This document shows positions 33,300-40,933 of a stretch of DNA of 40,933 nt, in pieces. A program made the translations under genes and the position numbers. The stretch is from an uncultured Eubacteriales bacterium (GTDB lineage: Bacteria > Bacillota > Clostridia > Peptostreptococcales > JAAYPU01): positions 1 to 40,933 of the forward strand of contig CAZKKX010000003.1 in assembly GCA_964553505.1 (NCBI GenBank), written 5' to 3'. Positions within the stretch are counted from its first letter, which is position 1; each line of letters begins with the position of its first letter. Below the pieces are notes generated by a model. The model was not told where the DNA came from and searched no databases. It worked only from the letters and a program-made list of their open reading frames with translations.

Positions 33300-33312
33300 A
33301 GGAGGGAGAGCC

Positions 33313-33495
33313 GTGGCTAAGCAATTAAAAATAACGTTAATCAAAAGTACAATCGGCGTAAAGCCCCTGCACTCAAAAAATGTCAAAGCACTGGGATTAA
33401 AAAAATTGAACCAAACGGTGGAACACCCTGACAATTCCCAGATTCGCGGAATGGTAGAGAAAGTTAAACATCTTGTAGAGGTAGAAGAAATCTAA
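33313..33495 (+). CDS. rpmD: 50S ribosomal protein L30
   Basis: [27 protein letters not shown]. Confidence 0.96.
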   Translation: MAKQLKITLIKSTIGVKPLHSKNVKALGLKKLNQTVEHPDNSQIRGMVEKVKHLVEVEEI

Positions 33496-33512
33496 ATAGG
33501 AGGTGTTAAAAG

Positions 33513-33953
33513 ATGAAGTTGCATAAACTTAAACCTGCCAATGGATCCAGAAAAAATCCAAAGAGAAAAGGCAGAGGCACTGCTTCAGGGCAAGGAAAAA
33601 CTGCCGGCAGAGGCAGTAATGGGCAGAACTCTCGCAGCGGCGGGGGCACAAGACCTGGATTTGAAGGCGGTCAGATGCCCTTATACAGAAGAATTCCCAA
33701 AAGAGGCTTTACAAATATATTTAAGAAGCAGTGGGCTGTAGTAAATATTGAAGACTTAAATATTTTTGAAGACGAGACAGTTATTACTCCTGATCTGCTG
33801 ATGAAGACAGGACTTGTTAAGAAGGTTCTGGACGGAGTGAAGGTACTTGGTGATGGAAGACTGGAGAAAAAGGTTACCATACAGGCACATAAATTCAGTA
33901 AATCAGCAGTTGATAAGATAGAATCTGCTGGAGGAAAGGCAGAGGTGATCTAA
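33513..33953 (+). CDS. rplO: 50S ribosomal protein L15
   Basis: [24 protein letters not shown]. Confidence 0.98.
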   Translation: MKLHKLKPANGSRKNPKRKGRGTASGQGKTAGRGSNGQNSRSGGGTRPGFEGGQMPLYRRIPKRGFTNIFKKQWAVVNIEDLNIFEDETVITPDLLMKTGLVKKVLDGVKVLGDGRLEKKVTIQAHKFSKSAVDKIESAGGKAEVI

Positions 33954-33954
33954 T

Positions 33955-35235
33955 ATGAACATGCTATCGACTATTATAAGTGCTTGGAAGATCCCTGACA
34001 TCAAAAAAAGGATGCTATTCACGCTTATGATGCTTGCAATTTTCAGATTAGGATCAAATATTCCGGTTCCGGGAATGGACCGAACAGTATTGGAGCAATT
34101 ATTTCAGGCAGGAGAAGGGTTGTTCGGACTGTATGATTTGTTCTCAGGTGGTGCTTTCAGTAATTTCACCATATTTGCTCTAAGTATTACCCCTTATATT
34201 ACAGCTTCTATAATCCTTAATCTATTGACTATTGCAATTCCCAGCTTAGAAGCATTGGCAAAAGAAGGGGAAGAAGGCAGGAAGAAAATTGCACAGATTA
34301 CTAGATATCTTACGGTCGGTTTAGCATTGATTCAGGCTATTGGCGTAAGTGTTGGATTATTTAATAGGGCTTTAATTAATACGGATTTCTTTTCCATTGC
34401 GGTTGTAGTATTGACACTGACTGCAGGGACGGCATTTTTGATGTGGCTTGGAGAACAAATTACTGAAAATGGTATTGGAAACGGAATCTCTTTGATTATC
34501 TTTGGAGGAATTATTTCCAGACTTCCGGTTGCAATTAAGCAGACTATAACAAGGTTGTCAACCGGGGACATATCCATTGTTACCTTAGCCCTCTTTGCAG
34601 TTATTGCAGTGATTATAATCATAGGAATTATTGCAATACAACAAGGAACAAGAAAAATACCCGTTCAATATGCAAAAAGAGTTGTAGGAAGAAAAATGTA
34701 TGGCGGACAAAGTACGCATATTCCTATAAAAGTAAATCAGGCAGGGGTTATTCCTGTAATCTTTGCTTTGTCATTATTGCAGTTTCCGCTTACACTTACC
34801 TATTTTTTCCCAGAGGGAGGATTTTCTAACTTTATTGTAAAATATCTGTCATTGAATGGACAGCCGGGAATATGGATATACTCGATATTGAATATCTTTT
34901 TGATTATATTCTTTACGTACTTTTATACGGCAGTCACCTTCAATCCTATTGAGGTTTCAAATAACATGAAGGCAAATGGCGGTTTTATACCTGGTATAAG
35001 GCCTGGCAAACCAACGGCTGATTTTATTACTAAGGTAATGACGAGAATTACATTGGTAGGAGGTATTTTCTTAGCATTTATTGCAGTTTTACCGACCTTG
35101 ATTTTCCAATTTACCGATTTGCAGTTTAGTTTTGGGGGAACATCTTTATTGATTGCCGTAGGCGTTGCCCTTGAGACCATGAAACAGATAGAAAGTCAAA
35201 TGATGATGAGAAATTATCAAGGCTTTTTAAAATAG
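33955..35235 (+). CDS. secY: Preprotein translocase subunit SecY
   Basis: PYITASII, WLGEQIT, GIGNGISL, FIPGIRPG, FGGTSLLI; multiple TM segments. Confidence 0.98.
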   Translation: MNMLSTIISAWKIPDIKKRMLFTLMMLAIFRLGSNIPVPGMDRTVLEQLFQAGEGLFGLYDLFSGGAFSNFTIFALSITPYITASIILNLLTIAIPSLEALAKEGEEGRKKIAQITRYLTVGLALIQAIGVSVGLFNRALINTDFFSIAVVVLTLTAGTAFLMWLGEQITENGIGNGISLIIFGGIISRLPVAIKQTITRLSTGDISIVTLALFAVIAVIIIIGIIAIQQGTRKIPVQYAKRVVGRKMYGGQSTHIPIKVNQAGVIPVIFALSLLQFPLTLTYFFPEGGFSNFIVKYLSLNGQPGIWIYSILNIFLIIFFTYFYTAVTFNPIEVSNNMKANGGFIPGIRPGKPTADFITKVMTRITLVGGIFLAFIAVLPTLIFQFTDLQFSFGGTSLLIAVGVALETMKQIESQMMMRNYQGFLK

Positions 35236-35254
35236 AAGTTAGGAGATGATAGAT

Positions 35255-35899
35255 ATGAGACTGGTATTATTGGGACCTCCTGGCGCTGGGAAAGGTACTC
35301 AGGCAGCGGACATCATCGAAAAGTATAAAGTCCCACATATTTCTACAGGGGATATTTTTCGAAAAAATGTTAAAGAAGGCACTGCGCTGGGGAAAAAGGC
35401 CAAAGTCTATATGGATAAAGGCGAATTAGTTCCTGATGAAGTGGTAGTTGCCATTGTTGAAGACCGATTAAAGGAAGATGATTGTTCCGACGGCTTCTTA
35501 CTTGATGGCTTTCCGAGAACCGTTAATCAGGCAAAACAACTTGACAGTGTGCTTGATAAAATGGATTTAGCTATCGATATGGTAATCAATATAGATGTAA
35601 AGAAAGATACGCTTGTTGGAAGAGCAACTGGAAGAAGAGTATGTCGCAGCTGTGGGGCTACTTATCATGTTACATTTAAGCCGGCTCGGAAAGATGGTAC
35701 CTGCGATTTATGCGGCGGAGAAGTTTATCAAAGAGACGACGATGCCGAGGAAACAGTTTCAAAAAGAATCGAAGTATATGCGAGCGAGACAAAACCACTG
35801 ATAGAGTACTATAATAAAAAACAAAAACTCATCACAGTAGATGGGGAGCAGAACATTAAGAAAGTGTTTAAAGACATCACGGCTGCTTTAGGAGCATAA
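35255..35899 (+). CDS. adk: Adenylate kinase (Zn-binding LID)
   Basis: GPPGAGKGT, HISTGD, FLLDGFPR, CxxC...CxxC LID; ATG at 35255 fits SD AGGAG. Confidence 0.97.
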   Translation: MRLVLLGPPGAGKGTQAADIIEKYKVPHISTGDIFRKNVKEGTALGKKAKVYMDKGELVPDEVVVAIVEDRLKEDDCSDGFLLDGFPRTVNQAKQLDSVLDKMDLAIDMVINIDVKKDTLVGRATGRRVCRSCGATYHVTFKPARKDGTCDLCGGEVYQRDDDAEETVSKRIEVYASETKPLIEYYNKKQKLITVDGEQNIKKVFKDITAALGA

Positions 35900-35901
35900 T
35901 C

Positions 35902-36651
35902 ATGATTATCATTAAATCTAAAAATGAAATCAAAGTTATGAAAGAAGCAGGAAAGGTTACTGCTGGTGTTCTTGAAAGAATAAAAAGTACCATTAAGCCC
36001 GGAATCACAACAAAAGAATTAGATCAGATTGCAGAAGAAGAAATTCTGAAAAATCACATGATTCCTGCTTTTAAGGGATATAATGGATTTCCTGCAAGCA
36101 TATGCGTATCTATAAATGAACAAGTGGTTCATGGGATACCTTCGAAAAGAGCAATTTGTGAGGGTGATATCGTCAGCGTTGATGTTGGCGTCAGATATGA
36201 AGGTTACCATGGAGATGCTGCAAGAACCTTTGAAGTCGGTTCCGTATCGGAGGAAGCTAAAAAACTCATTAAAGTTACTAAACAAAGTTTTTATGAAGGT
36301 CTGAAATATTGTAATACAAGATATAGATTAACCGACATTTCCCATGCGATACAGGATTATGTCGAATCAAATGGTTTTTCGGTTGTTAAAGACTTTGTTG
36401 GTCATGGAATAGGAAAAGATATGCACGAAGACCCACAGATACCTAATTACGGCAGACCTGGAAGAGGTACTCGGTTGGCTTCCGGAATGGTATTTGCCAT
36501 TGAGCCAATGGTGAACCTGGGAACCGATGAAGTCTCCGTACTTTTGGATAATTGGACAGTTGTTACGAATGATGGGAAACTATCTTCGCATTATGAGAAT
36601 ACGGTGGCATTAACAGATGGCGAGCCGGTAATACTGACAACGATTGAATGA
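35902..36651 (+). CDS. map: Methionine aminopeptidase type I
   Basis: SINEQVVHGIP, GDAART, GHGIG, AIEPM, HYENT. Confidence 0.97.
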   Translation: MIIIKSKNEIKVMKEAGKVTAGVLERIKSTIKPGITTKELDQIAEEEILKNHMIPAFKGYNGFPASICVSINEQVVHGIPSKRAICEGDIVSVDVGVRYEGYHGDAARTFEVGSVSEEAKKLIKVTKQSFYEGLKYCNTRYRLTDISHAIQDYVESNGFSVVKDFVGHGIGKDMHEDPQIPNYGRPGRGTRLASGMVFAIEPMVNLGTDEVSVLLDNWTVVTNDGKLSSHYENTVALTDGEPVILTTIE

Positions 36652-36777
36652 AGTGAGTCCCATCATAGGGAGCTTCAGACTCTTCACTGATGGCAAGACG
36701 AACAAATTTCGAGTTTAGCAGCTCTTGATCTCGCCGCCTATAGAAGAGAGAGTCTTAGAGCTGTTTAATGAGATAAA
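36651..36777. repeat. Two-hairpin intergenic insert, MITE/REP-like and degenerate
   Basis: CCATCA/TGATGG hairpin (36660-36693) and CAGCTCT/AGAGCTG hairpin (36719-36763) enclosing GATCTCGCCGCCTATAGAAGAGAGAGTC; only one copy in this window. Confidence 0.5.
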
Positions 36778-36793
36778 GGTACGAGGTGAAAAA

Positions 36794-37072
36794 ATGGAAA
36801 CGACAGGTGAATTATGCTTAGGTCAAGTTGTAAGTTCTAAAGCCGGGCGTGATAAAGACAGATTGTTTTTCGTTATCGATATTATAGATGACCAATATGT
36901 TTTGATTGCAGACGGCGATCTTAGGAAAATAGAAAAACCTAAAAAGAAAAAAGTCAAACATTTGATAAATCATTCTATTATCAATGATATAATGAAAGAG
37001 AAATTGGAAAAAGACGAAAAAGTAGAAAATATTTATTTGAGAAGAGAGCTTGAGAAATTAGGCATCATCTAG
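36794..37072 (+). CDS. KOW-domain RNA-binding protein (L14e-like), conserved between map and infA
   Basis: GQVVSSKAGRDK, IADGDLRKIEKPKKKKVKHL; ATG at 36794 after GAGGTG. Confidence 0.9.
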   Translation: METTGELCLGQVVSSKAGRDKDRLFFVIDIIDDQYVLIADGDLRKIEKPKKKKVKHLINHSIINDIMKEKLEKDEKVENIYLRRELEKLGII

Positions 37073-37095
37073 ATCAAGGATAGGAGGTGCATCTT

Positions 37096-37314
37096 ATGGC
37101 TAAAAAAGATGTCATAGAAGTAATGGGCACCGTTGTAGAAGCTCAACCTAATGCCATGTTTAAGGTCAAACTGGAAAATGGGCATATGGTATTAGCTCAT
37201 ATTTCCGGAAAAATACGAATGAATTTTATTAAAATTTTACCAGGCGACAAAGTTAAAGTGGAATTATCACCCTACGACTTGACTAGAGGCCGGATCACTT
37301 GGAGAGATAAGTGA
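37096..37314 (+). CDS. infA: Translation initiation factor IF-1
   Basis: [30 protein letters not shown]. Confidence 0.98.
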   Translation: MAKKDVIEVMGTVVEAQPNAMFKVKLENGHMVLAHISGKIRMNFIKILPGDKVKVELSPYDLTRGRITWRDK

Positions 37315-37329
37315 TAAGGAGGGATAATA

Positions 37330-37443
37330 ATGAAAGTACGAGCATCAGTTAAACCGATTTGTGAAAAATGTAAAATTATTAAACGCAACGGTAAAGTCAT
37401 GATTCTCTGTGAGAACCCCAAACACAAACAGAAACAAGGATAA
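37330..37443 (+). CDS. rpmJ: 50S ribosomal protein L36 (Zn-binding)
   Basis: Hand translation (absent from the ORF track): [37 protein letters not shown]; SD AAGGAGG. Confidence 0.97.
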   Translation: MKVRASVKPICEKCKIIKRNGKVMILCENPKHKQKQG

Positions 37444-37450
37444 AAGAGAA

Positions 37451-37517
37451 AAATATTAGCCTTAGGTGGGCGGCTGGTTTATTCTAATGATTAAACAAAC
37501 TCCTATGGCAAATATTT
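37451..37517 (+). promoter_or_regulatory. Structured RNA upstream of rpsM (candidate alpha-operon/S4 leader)
   Basis: Nested AAATATT/AATATTT, GCC/GGC, TAGG/CCTA and GTTTA/TAAAC pairings. Confidence 0.45.
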
Positions 37518-37552
37518 AATATAATCAAAAATGATACCAGGAGGTGTAATGG

Positions 37553-37927
37553 ATGGCGAGAATTGCCGGTGTCGATTTACCCAGGGACAAAAGGGTAGAA
37601 ATTGGACTTACCTATATATTTGGGATTGGTAGAGCTACTTCAAATGCTATCTTAAAAAAAGCAGGCATTAATCCGGATACCAGAGTGAAGGATTTAGCGG
37701 AGGATGAAGTCAGTAGCCTTCGGAAAATACTTGATACGGAATATCAGGTAGAGGGTGATCTTAGAAGAGAAGTATCACTTAATATAAAAAGGCTTATGGA
37801 GATAGGATGCTACAGAGGAATAAGACACAGAAGAGGGCTTCCGGTCAGAGGTCAGAACACTAAAACGAATGCAAGAACCAGAAAAGGTCCGAAGAAGACA
37901 GTTGGACGCAAAAAGAAGAAAGGTTAA
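37553..37927 (+). CDS. rpsM: 30S ribosomal protein S13
   Basis: [36 protein letters not shown]. Confidence 0.98.
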   Translation: MARIAGVDLPRDKRVEIGLTYIFGIGRATSNAILKKAGINPDTRVKDLAEDEVSSLRKILDTEYQVEGDLRREVSLNIKRLMEIGCYRGIRHRRGLPVRGQNTKTNARTRKGPKKTVGRKKKKG

Positions 37928-37940
37928 AGGAGGCAAATAG

Positions 37941-38345
37941 ATGGTAGCAAAAGCAACAAAAAAGACAACAACACGGAGAAAAAGACGTGAGAGAAAAAAC
38001 ATTGAACGCGGCCAGGCTCACATTCAATCGACCTTTAACAATACAATTGTAACCCTTACTGATATTGCCGGGAATGCCATATCATGGTCTACGGCAGGTG
38101 CTTTAGGCTTCAGGGGATCAAGAAAATCTACTCCCTTTGCTGCACAGATGGCAGCGGAAGAAGCTGCTAAAGCTGCAATGGATCATGGGTTAAAAACGGT
38201 TGAAGTATATGTAAAGGGACCAGGATCGGGAAGAGAGGCTGCTATTAGAGCACTTCAGACTGCAGGATTAGAAATTAGTCTTATTAAAGATATAACACCG
38301 ATTCCTCATAATGGTTGCAGACCGCCGAAAAGACGAAGAGTATAA
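37941..38345 (+). CDS. rpsK: 30S ribosomal protein S11
   Basis: [32 protein letters not shown]. Confidence 0.98.
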   Translation: MVAKATKKTTTRRKRRERKNIERGQAHIQSTFNNTIVTLTDIAGNAISWSTAGALGFRGSRKSTPFAAQMAAEEAAKAAMDHGLKTVEVYVKGPGSGREAAIRALQTAGLEISLIKDITPIPHNGCRPPKRRRV

Positions 38346-38369
38346 TAATATATTGGGAGGTGTAGTGAG

Positions 38370-38990
38370 ATGGCAAGATATACAGGACCTTCCTGCAGAT
38401 TGTGCAGACGAGAAGGGCAAAAACTGTTTTTAAAAGGTGAGAGATGCTACAGCACTAAATGTGCTATAGATAAAAGAAATTATGCACCAGGACAACATGG
38501 ACAGGGAAGAAAAAAAATATCTGATTATGGATTGCAGCTTAGAGAAAAACAAAAAGCTAAGAGATTCTATGGGGTCTTGGAAACTCAATTCAGACAGTAT
38601 TTCAACAAGGCTGCGAGAAAACCCGGAATTACAGGTGAAAACTTACTTGTAATGCTGGAAACAAGATTGGATAATGTTGTTTTTAGAATGGGACTCGCTT
38701 TTTCAAGAAAAGAAGCACGACAGCTTATAATGCATGGACATTTTACAGTTAACGGTAAGAAAGTAAATATACCGTCTCTTAATGTATCCGAGGGAGATGT
38801 CATAAAAGTAAAAGAAAGCAGCGTAAACTCTCCTAAGTTTAAGGAAGTCAGAGAAGCGGCAGTTAATGCTCCGGGATGGGTATCAGTAGACTTTGAGAAA
38901 CTTGAAGGAAAAATCCTCAACTATCCGACACGCGAGGATATCGATATACCTATTGAGGAACATCTCATTGTTGAGTTATACTCTAAATAG
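38370..38990 (+). CDS. rpsD: 30S ribosomal protein S4 (Cys-rich N-terminus)
   Basis: [39 protein letters not shown]. Confidence 0.98.
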   Translation: MARYTGPSCRLCRREGQKLFLKGERCYSTKCAIDKRNYAPGQHGQGRKKISDYGLQLREKQKAKRFYGVLETQFRQYFNKAARKPGITGENLLVMLETRLDNVVFRMGLAFSRKEARQLIMHGHFTVNGKKVNIPSLNVSEGDVIKVKESSVNSPKFKEVREAAVNAPGWVSVDFEKLEGKILNYPTREDIDIPIEEHLIVELYSK

Positions 38991-39067
38991 TAGTTTCCAT
39001 TAAAGAAGCTAATTATTTGAGGGAGTTATACCCCCAGATTCCAAAAAAATAAAAGGAGGGTTTGGGT

Positions 39068-40015
39068 ATGATAGAGATAGAAAAACCCACCATTGAATGT
39101 GTAGAATTAAGTGAAGATAACACTTACGGAAAATTTGTAGTAGAGCCTCTTGAGCGAGGTTATGGCACAACTCTTGGAAACAGTTTGCGAAGAATTTTGC
39201 TTTCTTCTTTACCCGGAAGTGCGGTAACATCTATAAAAATTAATGGGGTTCTACATGAGTTTTCTACAATTCCTTCTGTTAAAGAAGACGTTTCAGAAAT
39301 TATTTTAAACTTGAAAAATCTTGCAGTTAAGTTAGACAATGAGGGACCAAGAACCGTTATGATAGATGCCGAAGGTCCTGGTGAAGTGACTGCTGCAGAA
39401 ATTATTACGGATCCAGACTTGGAAATTCTAAATCCGGAGTTACACATTGCCACTTTAGAAGAAGGGGCAAAACTGGTCATGGAAATCAATATTTCGAGAG
39501 GAAGAGGCTACGTACCGGCAGAGCAGAATAAAACAGAAGAAATGCCTATTGGCGTAATACCCGTCGATTCCATCTATTCCCCTGTAACAAAAGTGAATTA
39601 TGTTGTGGAGAATACCAGGGTCGGACAAGTTACGGATTTTGATAAACTTACTCTTGAAATATGGACAGATGGAAGTATTAAACCGGATGAAGGAGCATCT
39701 CTTGGTGCTAAAATCATGCTGGAACATCTCAATTTATTTATTGAACTAACTGAAAATTTTGATCAGGTAGAAATAATGGTTGAGAAGGAAGAAGACCAAA
39801 AAGAAAAAGTGCTTGAAATGACCATAGAGGAGCTTGAACTTTCGGTTAGATCCTTTAATTGCTTAAAGCGTGCGGGAATCAATACGGTTGAAGAGCTTAC
39901 TCATAAAACAGAAGAAGATATGATGAAAGTAAGAAATTTAGGAAAAAAATCTCTTGATGAAGTAAAGAATAAACTATCTGAACTTGGTTTAGGACTTAAA
40001 CCAAGCGATGAATAA
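39068..40015 (+). CDS. rpoA: RNA polymerase alpha subunit
   Basis: [38 protein letters not shown]; ATG at 39068 fits the SD. Confidence 0.99.
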   Translation: MIEIEKPTIECVELSEDNTYGKFVVEPLERGYGTTLGNSLRRILLSSLPGSAVTSIKINGVLHEFSTIPSVKEDVSEIILNLKNLAVKLDNEGPRTVMIDAEGPGEVTAAEIITDPDLEILNPELHIATLEEGAKLVMEINISRGRGYVPAEQNKTEEMPIGVIPVDSIYSPVTKVNYVVENTRVGQVTDFDKLTLEIWTDGSIKPDEGASLGAKIMLEHLNLFIELTENFDQVEIMVEKEEDQKEKVLEMTIEELELSVRSFNCLKRAGINTVEELTHKTEEDMMKVRNLGKKSLDEVKNKLSELGLGLKPSDE

Positions 40016-40036
40016 TTCAGCAAAGGAGGGAATAAG

Positions 40037-40378
40037 ATGCCAGAGCAAAGGAAATTAGGCAGACCTACTTCTCATAGAAACCTCATGCTTAGAAATCTTG
40101 TGACGGATCTTTTAAGAGAAGGTCGAATCAAGACAACGGATACAAGAGCTAAAGAAACAAAAAAGATAGCTGAAAAAATGATTACTTTAGCTAAAAAGGG
40201 AGACTTGCATTCCAGAAGGCAAGTGCTTTCATATGTTACCGATGAGTCGGTAGTGAAGCATCTTTTTGATGATGTAGCACCTAAATATACCGAGAGGCAC
40301 GGTGGTTATACCAGAATCCTTAAGATTGGCCCTCGAAGAGGAGATGCTGCTGAAATGGTATATTTGGAATTAGTATAA
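40037..40378 (+). CDS. rplQ: 50S ribosomal protein L17
   Basis: [32 protein letters not shown]. Confidence 0.98.
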   Translation: MPEQRKLGRPTSHRNLMLRNLVTDLLREGRIKTTDTRAKETKKIAEKMITLAKKGDLHSRRQVLSYVTDESVVKHLFDDVAPKYTERHGGYTRILKIGPRRGDAAEMVYLELV

Positions 40379-40410
40379 AAAAAAATCGGCTTTGACCGAT
40401 TTTTTTTATA
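40374..40410. terminator. Intrinsic, potentially bidirectional terminator after rplQ
   Basis: A-run-TCGG-ctttga-CCGA-T-run. Confidence 0.8.
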
Positions 40411-40486
40411 CCTTTTTAACAATCTAATATTCTTTAAATTTGTACGCGAAAAATGTATAATGGGTAAGAGGTAAGAGGCAGTAATA

Positions 40487-40607
40487 AGATTATGGATTAT
40501 AGATTATGGATTATGGAGTATGGATTATAGATTATGGATTATGGAAATTTTGCTTCACGAGTAGGAGCGCTCATTGGGCGACAAACAAAGATTACGCTTG
40601 CAAAACT
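40487..40607. repeat. Heptamer-arm element, copy 4: 8 x RGAKTAT left arm, then TTTTGCTTCAC...GCAAAACT core interrupted by a GTAG palindrome; no right arm
   Basis: agattat ggattat agattat ggattat ggagtat ggattat agattat ggattat (40487-40542); core 40548-40607. Confidence 0.85.
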
Positions 40608-40671
40608 ATAAAGAGGAAAAACATCACAAAATCCAATGTGACGAAAAAACATCACAATCAATTAAGATTTC

Positions 40672-40680
40672 TGTTATAAT
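40672..40680 (+). promoter_or_regulatory. Extended -10 promoter element for the satD-like gene
   Basis: TGTTATAAT about 20 nt upstream of the ATG, with SD AAGGAG in between. Confidence 0.55.
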
Positions 40681-40701
40681 ATATCTGAAGGAGTGATAAT
40701 A

Positions 40702-40933
40702 ATGAAATATGTTGTTATTACCGGAGATATAATTAATTCCAGAAAAAGTCAATTTAATAAAGAAAAATTAGAATCTAAAATTGAACATTTCAATGATGTT
40801 TTAAAAAGTGATATTATTTCAAAGTTTTCTGTTCTAAAAGGTGATGAGGTTCAAGGTGTCATAAAATATAATAAAAATATATTTTTTGTCATTAGAAGAC
40901 TGACGTGTTGCTTTAAACCATACGATATTCGTT
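40702..40933 (+). CDS. SatD-family protein, N-terminal part (runs off the window end)
   Basis: Hand translation MKYVVITGDIINSRK...FSVLKGDEVQGV...FKPYDIR; the ITGDIINS and GDExQ motifs match the recalled SatD-family pattern; SD AAGGAG. Confidence 0.7.
   Translation, partial: MKYVVITGDIINSRKSQFNKEKLESKIEHFNDVLKSDIISKFSVLKGDEVQGVIKYNKNIFFVIRRLTCCFKPYDIR

Noticed and set aside
108-39727. Many minus-strand and alternate-frame ORFs in the track (for example 11484-11861, 20349-20792, 5480-5842)
   Set aside because: They overlap well-conserved housekeeping genes and have no motifs or SDs; they are shadows of codon bias.

Overview
A low-GC Firmicutes (Clostridia, probably Peptostreptococcales-like) core-genome window, with every credible gene on the + strand. 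Gene order: cysE(partial)-cysS-mrnC-hypothetical membrane protein-thyA-folA-rlmB-rae1/yacP-sigH-tRNA-Thr(GGT)-tuf-rpmG-secE-nusG-rplK-rplA-rplJ-rplL-rpoB-rpoC-ybxF(L7Ae)-rpsL-rpsG-fusA-tuf, then the full S10/spc/alpha cluster (rpsJ to rplQ, including secY, adk, map, a KOW protein, infA, rpmJ and rpsD), and a 3'-truncated SatD-family gene. The coding content is ordinary; the unusual signal is intergenic. (1) Four copies of a dispersed element built from tandem 7-mer arms around a TTTT(G/A)C...CAAAA core hairpin (5035-5224, 9360-9450, 19814-19913, 40487-40607); two copies carry 56-bp arrays that are near-perfect inverted matches about 35 kb apart, and one has a GTAG-REP-like palindrome inside its core loop. 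(2) A separate two-hairpin MITE/REP-like insert after map. (3) Several structured ribosomal-protein leaders, including a kink-turn-like motif before rpsJ and a 16S-mimic-like three-way junction before rpsG. (4) thyA-folA at a site where related clostridia carry thyX. (5) An L10 with a long charged tail. (6) Two apparently identical tuf copies. All structures were read by eye, with no folding or database searches.
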